Shown: positions 1 to 12,469 of the stretch, piece by piece
Layout: the number at the start of each line of letters is the position of its first letter
How positions within the stretch are numbered: position 1 is the first letter of the stretch
Source: Prorocentrum cordatum
Lineage: Eukaryota
Direction: 5' to 3'
Assembly: GCA_963575745.1 (NCBI GenBank)
Contig: CAUYUJ010000137.1
Location: forward strand, 186,001 to 250,000
Length of the DNA: 64,000 nt
The notes under the pieces: generated by a model
The model's input: only the letters and a program-made list of their open reading frames with translations
Database searches by the model: none
Told to the model about the DNA's origin: nothing
Made by a program: the position numbers and the translations under genes

Positions 1-399
1 ACACGGATCTTGTCCCCCTGGGAGCTCCTCTTTCGGGCCCAGGGACAAAGTTCGCACGGCGTCGCTCCGCCCATCTCGGCACACCCAACACACGAATCGT
101 GCCCCAGAGGGATGTCGTTTCACGTACGGCCTTAGTGTGGGGATTCGCATAACGTCACGTCCCTCCAACGCGTATGTCGACTGTCTCCTCACACGAATCG
201 TATCAACAGGGAGCTCCACCGACGGTTCCAGAGCCAACGTTCGCATCCCGCCACCCCGCCCATGGCAGTAAATACACCCCTGACCTGGATCGTGAGTTCG
301 GGGCGTCTTGGGTGCTTCTGTGGGCCACGCGGCATGTTTCTGTGAGGCCTCTGAAGCCCTGAGATGGATCGTGAAGCGGGAGCCTCTTGAAGCCTTCCC

Positions 400-1140
400 T
401 GGGAGCCTCGTGCAGGACGTCGAAGCGAGACCTCCCATACGCTTACGGGTGACTACTGGGAAGCCTCCTGGGACTGTTTTGGGAGCGTTCTGGGAGTCTC
501 TGGGGGCCTCTTGGGACCTTCTTGGGGGTCCTTTTGGGGATATTTGGGGCTCTTTGGGGCCCTCTTGGCCCGTCCTGGGGCCATCTTGGACCGTCTTGGG
601 CGCTTGGGCCGTCTTGGGGCCCTCTTGGGGCCCTCTTGGGCCGTCGAGGGTGCCTCCTGTGGCCCTCTTGGGGCTCCCTGGGGACTCTTCTGGGAACCTC
701 TGGGGACCGTCGTGGGCCGTCGGGGGGCTCTCATGAGCCGTGTTGGAGCTCTCTTGGGCCGTCTTGGGGCCCTCTTGGGGGCCTCTTGGGTCGTCTTACG
801 GCCGTCTTGGGGGCCTTTGGGTCCGTGTTGGGCGCTGTTAGGACCGAAGAAGCGAATATGCTAAAAACGCATGTTTTCCGAAAGGAATTTGGCTGTTATT
901 GCCTTTTGGTGACCTTCTGGGAGGCCTCTTGGGCCGTCTTGAGGGCTTCTGATGCCAAAAATATAAATTTCCCGCTGGTTTGTGAAAGATTCGAATTTCT
1001 CGAGGACCTTTTCGGAAGCCTCTCGGGCATCCTTGGGGGCCTCCTGGGCCGTCTTGGAGCGCTCTTGGCGTCCTCTTGGTGCATCTTGGAGAACTCTTGG
1101 GCCATCTGTAAACAATACTGGGCGGATTTAGGGCTGCTCT
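400..1140. repeat. Degenerate GGGGCCTCTTG-type short-unit repeat (dispersed family)
   Basis: Many ggggcctcttgg / gggccgtcttgg variants. Reverse-orientation tracts (ccccaagagg) at ~32700-32930, ~35930-36480, ~37910-38480 and ~61200-61360. Confidence 0.8.
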
Positions 1141-1239
1141 GAGCCTCGGGGGCGGGTCCCGGAGGGCTCCTGGGAGGGGGGCACTACCTATGTACAAGGG
1201 GGGGGCCCTGCGGGTCCCCTGGGTCGGAATCCCCCATAT

Positions 1240-2040
1240 ATGTATGCTCGGGAACCTTGGATAAGGAATTAAGGAATCCTCACGAGTAAATCTGTATTGA
1301 TAGATCATCAATGAGGAATAATTACGAACAGGCCCCTGCAAAAGAAGTTGCACAACATAATCCGTCATCGACAACCTTTGATTCATAATCCGTAACAAGG
1401 AACCAATCTCAAGAAATCAGTAATGAGGGATATGTAATGAGGGTTCCTACATCAAGGACATTTACTACGGAATCCTTAGCAATGACTCTGTACTGGAAAA
1501 TCCTTGGTAGGGAATGCGTACGAATGATTTCTACATGAGAAATCTTTACTGAGGAGACCTGCTGGAGGAATATGTACTAAGGACACCTTAACCAAGACCT
1601 CGCAATGCCAAGCAACCTTTGCTACTAAATCTTCAGCACAGAATAATTACGGATAGTTCCATATGTTTGACTGAGGACACCTTTAGTAAAAAAAACCTGA
1701 ATGCGGAATCCATAGTAAGGAATCTTGACTAAGGAACCCGTCGAGAGGAATATGTACTACGGAATGAGGGGCGTTACTAAGGAACACCTCGTAAGGAATC
1801 TTGGCTGAGGAATCCTTCACAAAGAATATGTACTCAATAATCCTCACGCATTCAGGAATTTGTACTAAGGAATCCATAACAGAATCCATCGGAAAGAACT
1901 CGTACTAAATAATCCGTTATCCTTACTGAGGAACCTTGACTAAGGAATCCTTGCTAAGCAACATGTTCCCCATGAATCTGCATGAAGGAGTCCCTAGCAA
2001 GGAACATGTTACTAAGGAGTCCTTACTAAGGAGTCTTCAC
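1240..2040. repeat. AT-richer degenerate TAAGGAATCC repeat
   Basis: Recurrent taaggaatcc / tactaaggaa / aggaatcctt units. Confidence 0.7.
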
Positions 2041-2913
2041 TGAAGAGTCGTTGGCGCTGCCAGCTTCCTCAGGGGGCTGGCGCCTTCCACGGATCCAGAT
2101 TTTTGTTCGGGCCTCCCCGAAAAACAAAAATGAACCAGTGGATTCAGGGGCACGTTTTGTTGTTGGCTGTCCGCCACAAAAGGAATCAATATGCACCCCC
2201 CGCACAAAGGGAATATATGTGTAACCCCATGCACAAAAGGGTCCCTCCTTAGTGTCCCGCAACCGCAGAGGAGAAAAGAGGTGGAGGGGGAGGTGGAAGA
2301 CGCCATGCCATTTTTCATTAAAAATGCGGGCGGACCCAAACGAGCCTGAAACCAACAGTTTACTTGATACCGCGCTTCGCCCGCTAACTCCAAGACGACA
2401 CAGACGACCCAGACCCCCGACGTCGTGTTTTTGTTTGCAACGTCGACCCTAATTAAGAAGTCTCGGCTCCTTCCCCGCGACCGGCTTTTCATCCTGACTT
2501 GCTTTTCTGACGGCCCCGAGGCCCCCTGAAGGGCCCCGAGAGGCCGAACGTAGCGAAATGCCTCCCGTCCTGGTGTTTGCTTGCTACGCGAGGGGGTCTG
2601 GGTATGCCGCGAGGGCCGACACCGGCTGCGTGCCGTGGGCGGAGCCGACCAAGGCAGTTCCACACGCGGTGGGCCGGCACGCGCCCCGAGGAGGGGGCGC
2701 GATGGCGAGGGGGGGCCAGGAGAAGAGCGGAGGGGGTGAGGCATCAAATCAGGGCCCGCGGCCTGCGCGCAGACGAGCGGGGGGGCAGGGAGCGTGCCCT
2801 GACAAGGGACATGTCGACCCCCCGCCCAGGCTTCGTGGTGTTCTCGACTGGACCAGGGATTTTGGGTCGACCCTGGAGTGTACGACGGGGGGGGGGGGCC
2901 ATCCTCGATAGGG

Positions 2914-3077
2914 TAGAGGAAAGAGAACTATGCACATACACCGATTCTGGCCAGGCCCATCCTGAGCCCAGGATCGGTGCATACGCCCTCCTACCTTGGC
3001 TAGGAAGGTATATGCACCGATCCTGGGTCAAGGATGGGCCTTGCCAGGATCGGTGCATGTGCATAGTTCCCTTCGCC
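2914..3077. mobile_element. Hairpin MITE with 8-bp TSD (hAT-like)
   Basis: Arms gaactatgcaca...tgtgcatagttc, flanked by CGATAGGG at 2906-2913 and 3078-3085. A related uninterrupted host repeat lies near 21781-21825. Confidence 0.75.
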
Positions 3078-3774
3078 CGATAGGGGTGCATCCGAACAGC
3101 CCCCTTCGGGTAGATCCCAAGGTTTCACCCTTCTTCTGAGCGGCCAAGCTTTCCGGGCGGAACCCGGGGATGCGGGGAGAACAATGCCCTGCGACGCCCG
3201 TCGATCGTACCCCTCGCTCCCAGCGCGGCCCCAAGACATCCACGCGGAGCGCCGAAGGCTCGTGATCGTGCCGTGCTTTGCTCTTCAAGTGCAGTCGCCG
3301 AGACAAGCCGCCCCGAGTATCGTCTATGCATCGTCGACGCATCGCCCTGATATCAACGATGCGTCGTAGATGCTGAAACAATTCGACGTGGATGTACCCA
3401 CCACCATGCCTACACGGCGGGCAGGGGTAGGTGAAAGCATGAAGTAGGAAGGCGGGCAAAGTAGATTGGGTTCAGGCCTTCCCAGAGAATAACGGTTCTT
3501 GGAGTAGGAAGGCGCTTGAAGTATATCGGAGTCTGGGAATTCAGGAACACCTACTAGCGAGTAGGAATGAAAAGAAAAAGGAGTGTGCATAAAATCTGGA
3601 AGGTACTGTACCATGGTCCTGTCCAAACAAACACCTCTATGACGCCCCCGAGAAGATCATCGAGCAGCTTGGGCGGCAGCAGGCGGCGGCACCCGGGTCC
3701 TCAGACTGGTGGCGATCACGATGGGCCACGTCCTGGGGCGGCACATGATAGCTGGGCTGAAGGCTGCAAGGGTT

Positions 3775-3885
3775 AGGTCGGGCGTGTCCCCCCACGGGCG
3801 GATTTTGGACGACAAATAAAAAGACACCCCAAAGATATCCAATCCATGTTCGAACATTTCTCCTGTTGGGGGCACAGGCCCGACT
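3775..3885. mobile_element. MITE family with TIR GTCGGGCGTG...CACRGCCCGAC
   Basis: Related copies at ~6705-6870 and ~29111-29251. Confidence 0.6.
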
Positions 3886-6800
3886 TGATGTCAGGGCGGA
3901 CTCTGCAACCGCCCAGGTTGGGGCGCACCGCCAGGGAGGCCTGGCCGACGCGACGAGGCCGGGGACAGCCTGCCCTGGGCAGGCGGGTGCGGAGGAGGTC
4001 CGGGCCAGCGGGGCCGAGGTAGGGAATCGAACTCTACACGCCGACGCTTCTTCCGGCCATGCATCCGGATTTGCACTGGAGAGCGGATCCTGGTGTACAC
4101 GGGACCACTGGTGTATACATTTTCCGTTGTTTCCCCGGGACATCGGGAAAAAATAATACACCACACCACCCCCAGCGTCGTCCCCGACCCCCAAGAAATT
4201 CTGGGATTGAAAACCAGCCCGCCACTGGTAATGCATATGTTCCAGTTTCCGACGAGGAACGCCAGGGGCAGGACGAGCACCGAGTCCGTTGACTCTGTGG
4301 AGGACTGAACGATAACAGAAGCATGCAACCTCGGAGGTCCGCGCGAACTCCCCGCGGGCCTCAGAATTCGTATGTTTAGGCCGTTGCTCGGTCCCCGAGC
4401 AGCTCGGATCGGATCCGAGCGTGCCTCGTATCGGGCCGCGTCGGCTCGGAACCGCGATCGGATCGGATCGGTCGGCCACTCGATCGCGCCGTGCCGCATC
4501 GGCTCGTCGGAACGTCGGCATCGAATCGGATCGGGTCGACCAGAATCGATGTACTGTCGGACTTGATTGGAGAGGACACGCGAGAGGACACAAGACCCTT
4601 CCGGGGGCCACGTTGCCACAGAAATGCCGGAGGCATGAGTCGCAAGACGCAGGACACGAGGGTACCCTTGATCTGGCAGGGTCGACCTACTAATCCGGGC
4701 CGCCTGTATCGTGCCAGACCGATCGGATCCTAAGTGGCCCTGCAGGGGAAGAAAAGGCTCCTCACTCTGCGGAGGCCCGTGGGCCCTCGGCCTCCCGTGG
4801 TGCGGCGCTGAGGCCATGTCCGCAAGGGCGATCGGGTGTGCCGAGAACGTGAGGGACCAGGAACAGGGGGGCAGCGCATGCTGCCTCGAGGTATGCGCGT
4901 GGGGGGACGGGCAGGGGACGTGTTGAACTAAGAAGAGGGGTCCATGGCATCTAGGAGATTGCTTGGTCCCTGCCATGAGAACTACCCACCCCCATCAAGC
5001 CCTCACCCCCATCTTTCCTTCTCTCCCCCCTCTGCCTCCTGCGCCTCCTCTTTCTCCTCTTTCTCCTTTTTCTCCTCCTCCTCCTCCTCCTCGTAGTAGT
5101 ACTCTCTCCTCTCGCCTCTCTCCTTCCTTCTTATCGTCCTCCGGATCGTCCTCGTAGACTCTCCTCTCCCTCCTCCTCCTCCTCCTCCTCCTCCTCCTCC
5201 TCCTCCTCCAACCACGTGATTATCCTCCTCCTCCTCCTTCCTCCTCTTGGACGCCCCCGACGGCCCGATGACGGGGCTTGGCCGAGTGCCTAGAGGTGCA
5301 CTCCAAGCCAGCCGGGCCCTGGGGTTGCGTGGCAGACGGCGGGCTCGGCAACCTTCCGCCCTGTTCTGGGGCGGCCAGTTGCGCGGCACCGTCCAGGTCG
5401 CAGAAGTTCGCGGTCCAGCGGCGTGCAGAGAAGTGGACGGGGGAAGCTCCTCCCTGCATGTGCGAGCACGTAGAAGATCCGCTGGAACCGCAGCTTGTCG
5501 CGCTGGGCGCAGGGAGAGATGGTCTGCGTCACGCTGGTAGGTGAACAGCTCGGCAACAGGGCCCAGAGAATCCCTGAGCAGGCGGCGCCAAGAACTCCCG
5601 AACGACACAGCACATTCGAGCACTTCTGCCATAGAGACCGCTACAAGAGTAACGATGTCCTGTCTGTTGGGGGACCGGGAAGAACCTAAATGCACGAGAA
5701 GCGCTGGACGAACAGCCAAAGGACCTAAGGAACTGCAGCGCCCCCCCTCCAAACGCTAACTGTTCCTTGCTTCAGCGTCCTGACTCAAGTAGATGGCAGA
5801 AAAAAACACTCGCCGAAACACACACACACACACCTCTACGAGGAAAACAACTCAGTAGAGGTACACGAGGAAGGAATCGAACAGTGCAGGACTCTTTGGT
5901 AAACGCCTTGGGCTGATTAGCAAGCGCCAGTTGTGGGGGTCGAGGTCTTTCTTCCCCCCTTGATGCGAGAGGCGCTGGCGAACACTTCCAAGTACAAAAA
6001 CACATTGGCAAGAGTCGCTTCCAGCCATCCGGACAACGCCGCCCAGCCCATGCGGTGGGACCTCAATACCCATGTGAGTTGGGCACGAAGCAGGGACAGG
6101 CACACGCCGCCCCCCCTCCCCCCGAGCACACTGTACGAGCAGGCGCGTGTGCGCATGCGTGCGCTCTCGAGTGCAGTCGCCTGCGTTTGTTCTACTCCTG
6201 CGCCAGCTATGCGAGTGCCCCTGGGGTGTTCAGGCTTGCCACGCCTCTTCACAAGGCATCTAATCATTGTTGAGAAGTGCCTCCGTCTGGATTAAAGGCC
6301 ACAAAGGATGCGTCGGCGACGTCGGCGATGAATCGGCGCCGTCAGCGTGGATACAATCGGGATCCTCATCGAGCCAAATCACCGATGCATCGCCGATGCG
6401 GCACTATCCTCCGACCCCATTTACTCGGAACCTATTTGGGATGCTTCGAGAACTGTTATTTGGCAACGCATGGATGCCTCCCGTGCAATCTTGCTGGCTC
6501 TTGCGACTCGACGCTGACCGAAGCTAATCGACGCTCATCGACGCTAGCGGACGCCAGATCGACGCTAAATCGACACTACATCGGCGCGTAAGTCCTCATC
6601 GATTGCCGAGCACTGCTGCACGCCAACGTAATTAAACAAACGGCATTGCGAGGACATGCCCAGCTCCCATGATTTGCGACCGAAGGGTTGCACCAGCGTT
6701 AGGTTGGTTGAGCATGTCTCCCTACAAGGGGGATTTTGGGCGAAAGATAAAAATAATCACCAACAAGTGCACCAAAATGGTCAAACTGTACCTTAAACAA

Positions 6801-7118
6801 ATCGCCCCCAGACTATTATTATACTGTTTTTGAATATTCCTCCTTCCTGTAGGGGGGCACGCCCGACTGAACACTGGCACGTCCGAGAGAACACGAGCAC
6901 AATCGTTCCTGCTGGGCCCCTGCGCAAGCACCCAGCATGCGGGGAAGGCCGCGGCGGGGCGTGGCAGCGGGCGCGGCAGCGGGGGTCGCGCGCCGCCGCG
7001 ATCCTGCGGCCGACGTCCTCGCCGCTGTCGGTGCTGGAGCTCGCGGCCCGCCTTCTCCTCCTGGAGGGCATCGGGTAACAATACATGGCATGAACTTCGT
7101 TCCCAGCAGAGGGAGGCT

Positions 7119-7324
7119 GGAGGCTCGGATGGGAGCACCAAAACCCCAACGGGAGAGGGGGCGCACGTCCTCAGGGGAAGACGATCCTGGATTGTGGTGT
7201 TGGTGGCAATATTTCGGCCACCTCAGAAGCCCGACTGTTACCACCAGCGCCGAGATCGGAATCGCCTTCCCTCGGTGGAGGCACACCGCCGATATTGGTG
7301 CTGGTGCTAACGTCCAGGCCTCCG
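7119..7324. mobile_element. ~200-bp MITE (GGAGGC...GCCTCC ends)
   Basis: Homologous copy at ~39591-39791 inside the Copia protease region. Both share ggtggaggcacaccgcc-atattggt-ctggtg. Confidence 0.65.
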
Positions 7325-7619
7325 GGTAGGGCAACGGTGGGACGCAGCGAAGCAAATCAAGGCGCGGACAGGAGAGGGGAAGAGACAACGCGCGGAGGGG
7401 AGGGGCGGAAGGCAACGCAAGGCAGGGACGAAAGGCAGGGGAGGAGAAGGGACGAAAGGCAGGGAGGGCGAGAGAGGCAACGCGCGGCGGAAGGGCCCTC
7501 ACGGCGTAAAGCCCTACGGGCTGCGGTGTGAACCGCATTCATACAAATCACGTCAACAGTGCCTTGAGGAGGTCCGGTGCGGTGGCCCGAGGGGTGCCTG
7601 ATGTGCTGGTCCGCGGCGT

Positions 7620-7822
7620 TCCCGATCGGGGGGGATAGGCAAAGGGGGGATGCATCGACCTGGAATCGGTGATACATCGTCGATAGATCGGCGATCGGCC
7701 TCCGATTGTGAATCCGCACCTTCCTGGGCGGGGTGGGGCAATCGGGCCGCTATCGGCGATCAATGAGCTATTGGGGGTCGATGCATCCCCCCCTATGCCT
7801 GTCCCGCCCTATCGTTGTCCCC
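7620..7822. mobile_element. Copy of TCAGGGGCAACGAT-TIR MITE family
   Basis: Shared core atcgacctggaatcg...gtgaatccgcacc...gatgcatc. Other copies at ~17705-17899, 39337-39534 and ~42684-42892; partial copy at ~16740-16830. Confidence 0.7.
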
Positions 7823-10080
7823 GAGATGGGAGATTGAAAGAACTGCATAAAGGCAACTGTTCTGAGCTCCAAGGGGATTTCTCGGATCGGCGCTGGGCAC
7901 CCCTGGCGCGGAAGGGGGTCCAGCGCCGATCCAAGATATCCGCGCGGACCTCAAAAAGTGCATGTTCATGTGAAGTCGTGATTCTCGAAGGCATGCCAGG
8001 AGCCAAACTCTCGGCTCGCTAAGAAAATCTATGTCCTGAGCCTTGGGCCTAAGCCCGCTTGGACTGGCCAGTTAGGCAAGAAGCAACCAGGATAGTCAAG
8101 GTCAACATGCAGGAGTAAGTGCAGGGAGAAGGCAGGCTCTGCCTGTCAACCCTTCGAAGAGAAGGAAGTCACAGACCATTTGAGCTGCGAGGGCCCTCAG
8201 CCGGCCGAAACGAGCACAACTTTGCTGCGCAGCGTCACAAGGCGAACACTCGCTCCACTCGCACCGAACGCCCAGCCCGCGGATCCTTAGGGAAGAGAAG
8301 CTTAGACTCAAAGTTTCTCGAAGCAAAAAAACTAAGGGGGGAAGGAAAAGAAAGACGAGGTAGAAGGGAAGGAGCAACAGGAGCATTACTTCGGGCCCGT
8401 CAGGAGACGGGCCCCCAGGGGGCATTACTTCGGGCCAAAACTGTCCCACCGGCAATGTAACAACTTAGAGCCAGAGAGAGAGAGGGAGAGGAAGAGAGAG
8501 CGGCGAAGGGCTTGAAGCAGTTGTGGATGGTCGCGGATCTGGGCGGGCCTTCGCTCACCCGGCGACCCAGGGCTCGAAGCGGCGGCGGCAATAAAACGCA
8601 ACGGCCGCCCAGCCGTATCGATCGGCGCGCCTATTGGTCATCCCCCCTGCGCAGAGTGCATTGGAAAGGGGCCAATCGAGACACGGGCGGCCATCCCTGG
8701 CGTGCACAGTCAGTTTGGGGCGGCCTGGAAGCTTCACGTTGCCGTGGCTGGATCCCCCGTTACGACGAGCGTCTGCACACCTCGGAACTAGAAATGGGCA
8801 CGGTGCTGGCTTTGAGCTGGACCATCGATGGGCGAACGTCGTTATGCCAGCACGCTCTCACGCCGCACCCCCAGGTCTGGGCGTGCCCCTGGTTGACCGA
8901 CCTTCGGAACGTCCCTCCGATCTTTCAGTCGGCCAATACGTTCGCAAGGATATGTCACACATGAACGTCATCTTTAAACTATGCCACTGGTAACCAACGC
9001 TCGGTCGCGGTGAACGTGATGCATGCGCATTGGTTCGCATGGATATACGAGTGCGCGCGTGTCCGTGCAGTTACTGCACAAAGCAAATGAACGTAGTCGA
9101 ATGTGGCATATGCGGACTTGCCTGGCCAAGCCATCTAACAGACGACTGAATGCAAACATGCATGTCTAAAGACGGATGTATGTGCTCCTGCATACGTCCG
9201 CGCGTCTGTGCACATGCGCACATGCGATGCTGCCTGGAGGACTGCCTGCGGCTGGAGAAATACGTAGATGCAGTAGTGAAACTAGTTCGGCTCCGCAAAT
9301 ACATTGAAAACTAGCGTTGGTGCTCACATGTTAAATGTTCACAGCTTCAATGCAAGAATGTATATCCAATATGTGTCGCTGCCATGTGGATATTGCCCTT
9401 GACCTGATGTTCACCACAAACACCTACGCAAACACCCTAAGTGTCTGATATTACTTGGACCGTGCCCCTCACGTTCATTGTCATATCACTGGGTTGATCG
9501 TTTGCCTTGATCCTTAAACTTTGACCCCGATGTACTAGTTCACATCATTTCCTGTCCGCTCTTGTACTTCACCGCTATACTGCGGCCTTGTATATGTAGG
9601 CTTCAACTCCAACTGCAGCCGTGGGGACTCCGCGGGACAATTCTGGGGAAACCCCAATACTGCATGAACCTCTCCCAGAGAGCCTTCTGACCAGAATCTC
9701 GAGGCTCACCCAGCGATGGCCACGGGAGCCTTCCAAGAGGCCAAGAAAGGCGAAAGCGAAAATAGCGTAAGCACCTGTCCTTCTCCGACCTCACGAATGC
9801 CGACGGCCGTCACGCCCTCCATTTTTTGGAGCTCCGCGCGGATGCCTTGAATCGGCGCCGGGGACGCCCTCCCCGGCGCGCGGAGTGCGCCAGGGGCGGC
9901 ACGGGAGGCGCCGCCAAGGGGCGCCCAGCGCCGATCCAGGGCTCGGAGCACAATTTGCGTTAATCTCCGATCATCGGGACGTAACGGGCCACCACGCCGG
10001 ACACCCCTCGGGGTATCGAGAGGCCAGCAACACACCGCTTGCAGACCCCTGGCGGACCGCCCTCAGGATTTGGGCAGGAG

Positions 10081-10118
10081 CCTCCCCTTCCTCCTCCTCC
10101 TCCTCCTCCTCCCTCCTC

Positions 10119-10150
<32 letters not shown>

Positions 10151-10530
10151 ACACCTCCTCCTTCTCCTTCTCCTCCTGTTCCTCTTCCCCCTCCCCCTCC
10201 TCCTCCTCCTCCTCCTCCTCCTCCTCCTCCTCCTCCTCCTATGCCTCCTCCTCCTCCTCTGCCTTCTCCTCCTCTCCTCCTCCGTCTCCATCCCCCTCCT
10301 CCGCCTCCTCCTCCACCTAGTCCTCCTCCTTTCTCCTCCCTCCTCCACCCACCTTCTCCTCCCTCCTCCTCCTCCTCCTGCTCCTCCTTCCTCCCCCTCC
10401 ACCTCTTCGGCCTTCTCCGCCTCCCCTTTCCTCCTTTCTCTTCCTCCTCCTCCTCTTCCTCCTCCTCCTCTTTCCTCCCTCCTCCTTCTCTTCCTTTTCC
10501 TCCTCCTCCTCCGACCTCCTCCTCCCCTTT
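10081..10530. repeat. (CCT)n low-complexity tract
   Basis: Visible directly. Similar tracts at ~5020-5250, 14380-14460, 18300-18465 and 41600-41668. Confidence 0.95.
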
Positions 10531-10559
10531 TGACGTTCGGCAAACTTCCGGTGCTATGC

Positions 10560-12450
10560 TCGTAACGTGCGGCGCAGACCAAAAACGGTCAGATTTGGAT
10601 ATGGTGGTAACACATGTGGAGGATGCAAATCCGGAACAAAAAACATCCTGAGGCAAACCGTGTTGGTAAAACTAACGTTGCCCGTTAGGGTGCAGAGCAA
10701 CTGAGTACAGATAGTCAAGGGGAGGAGGGGAGACATCATGAACCAAGTATACCAACAGAGAAAGCCATGGGGGAAACAAACAGAATGAACGAAAAACTCG
10801 CGCAAATGAGAATGGGAGCAAGCGACTGGTCAAAGGGGGGTGAACCTGTTGTCTAGCACTGCTTAGGGTGGACGAGTCACAAAAGAGTACTCGGCACGAT
10901 AGGAGATGGACGATTACCTCCTCCTTCCCCTATCGTACACCCCAATAACCCCGCCGTCAACACAGCAAGAAGAGGCTACTGTATTTTGGGCATGGGCGGG
11001 CTGGAATGCGAGAGACCTATGTGTAGCCAACCTCTGGGTACAACGCATGGCTTCGCAAGGTGAGCGCGGGTACAACAGCAAACGTCTAGTTGCTCGAGCT
11101 GTGTTTGGTCGGCGCTGTGCAGGCGAACCTTCGATCATATACTCCAACTGCTGCGGTTGTGCTGAACGTATTGTGAGTCTGCGTCATTTGCCACAAACGT
11201 GAGGCTACTGAAACTGAACGTTGGCTTTTCCCCCATCTCCACCACCAAACCCAACCAATCCAATCCTCTCTCCGTGTCCGACAAGGTGACGCGTACAATT
11301 GCAAAAACAAATATGCCTACAGCTGGGCATGTGAGGGTATATACCGGGTGGGCTGCTTTGACGGCATGGGAGAGCAGAGCCAAGAAGCTGCACGAACATA
11401 AACATGCACTCTAAGACTGAGGTCAAAAGGAGATATATAACATTGAACTGTCCTTGATTCGGGGCCGACCTCCTGCTGGACAGGGGGGCCCGACAAAGTT
11501 GTTCCCGCCCCTCCCATGGCCAAGCCCCATCCGAAGCCTCACCTCTAACTCCCCAGAAGTACGAGATGCAAAATGCCCTAACGACAGCAGCGGATTGGCA
11601 GTACCTGAATCATAACGAAAGGAGAGAAGCCCAGAGATCTTAGTGAACGGAGTCAGGTGCCGAGTGGCTGCTTAATGCTTTACCCAATACTTGGGCAGCA
11701 CTACAGCAGCTGAATATGATGCAAGGCCAGCCAATTTACCCCAGCCTCTTCCCCCACCCCTGAGACCAACGCCCCCTCCCCAGCATGAAATTCAACGCAA
11801 CTTGGAAAGAATTTGAAAGTAACGTGCGAATATTCACCTGGCAACTGCACGTGACTGATAAAGACAGCAAGCTTGAGTGTCAAATAAGCTGGCACAGTGT
11901 CGCATTGGCTGGCATCTGTGGGGTGGGCAATGAGTGCTGTCAGTCTATGCCAGTGCTGCTCGGCAGCCTACAGTTGGGCGGGCCGACTGGCCCGCCCCTG
12001 TCAGGAGCCAAAATGGCAACTGCAGCAGTTCGCAACTAACTGCTAATTGAACACATGTAGCAGCAGGTAGCCATAGGAGGTATATACAAATGTATAGGAA
12101 GGGGAAATGGGGAAAGCATGGCGAAACATGCAAAGGGCGATCCACCCTGTTCTGCATGTATGAATGCAACGGGCGATTCACCCTGTCTTGCACTCCGTGG
12201 CCGCACTGATATCCCAATCCCAGAACCAGGCAACAGTCCGCCGCGAACCCCCCTACCCCCGAAGAAGGCTTGAATGCAGAAAAACGATAGGTGCCAGGAA
12301 TCTGGCAGATACTGTGCACTGTGTGGGGCCTTAGATCGAAAGATAGTGGGCAAAAACAGCGTGGGAGCAAGGAAGACCGAGCAGAGGAATGCAAGCTCTG
12401 CGGAGAAATTCCGGTGAGAAAAGAGCAGGCAATCTTTCGTGAGTCATTGC
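10560..12450 (+). pseudogene. Possible decayed LINE 3' region (RNase H plus C-terminal CxxC)
   Basis: Fragments IIYSNC, an AD-x-x-AGQGA-like segment near 11460-11490, and RYCALCGA near 12310. Many stops and frameshifts. Confidence 0.3.
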
Positions 12451-12469
12451 CGCTCTGGGAGTAGCTGTC

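Noticed and set aside
9885..10656. Pro/Ser/Glu/Arg-rich ORFs
   Set aside because: Translations of (CCT)n; likewise the (GCG)n ORFs at 34.9-35.8 kb.
11300..11600. Tyrosine recombinase motif on the minus strand (AFCISYFWGVRGE)
   Set aside because: Isolated resemblance; no HxxR or catalytic Tyr motif found.
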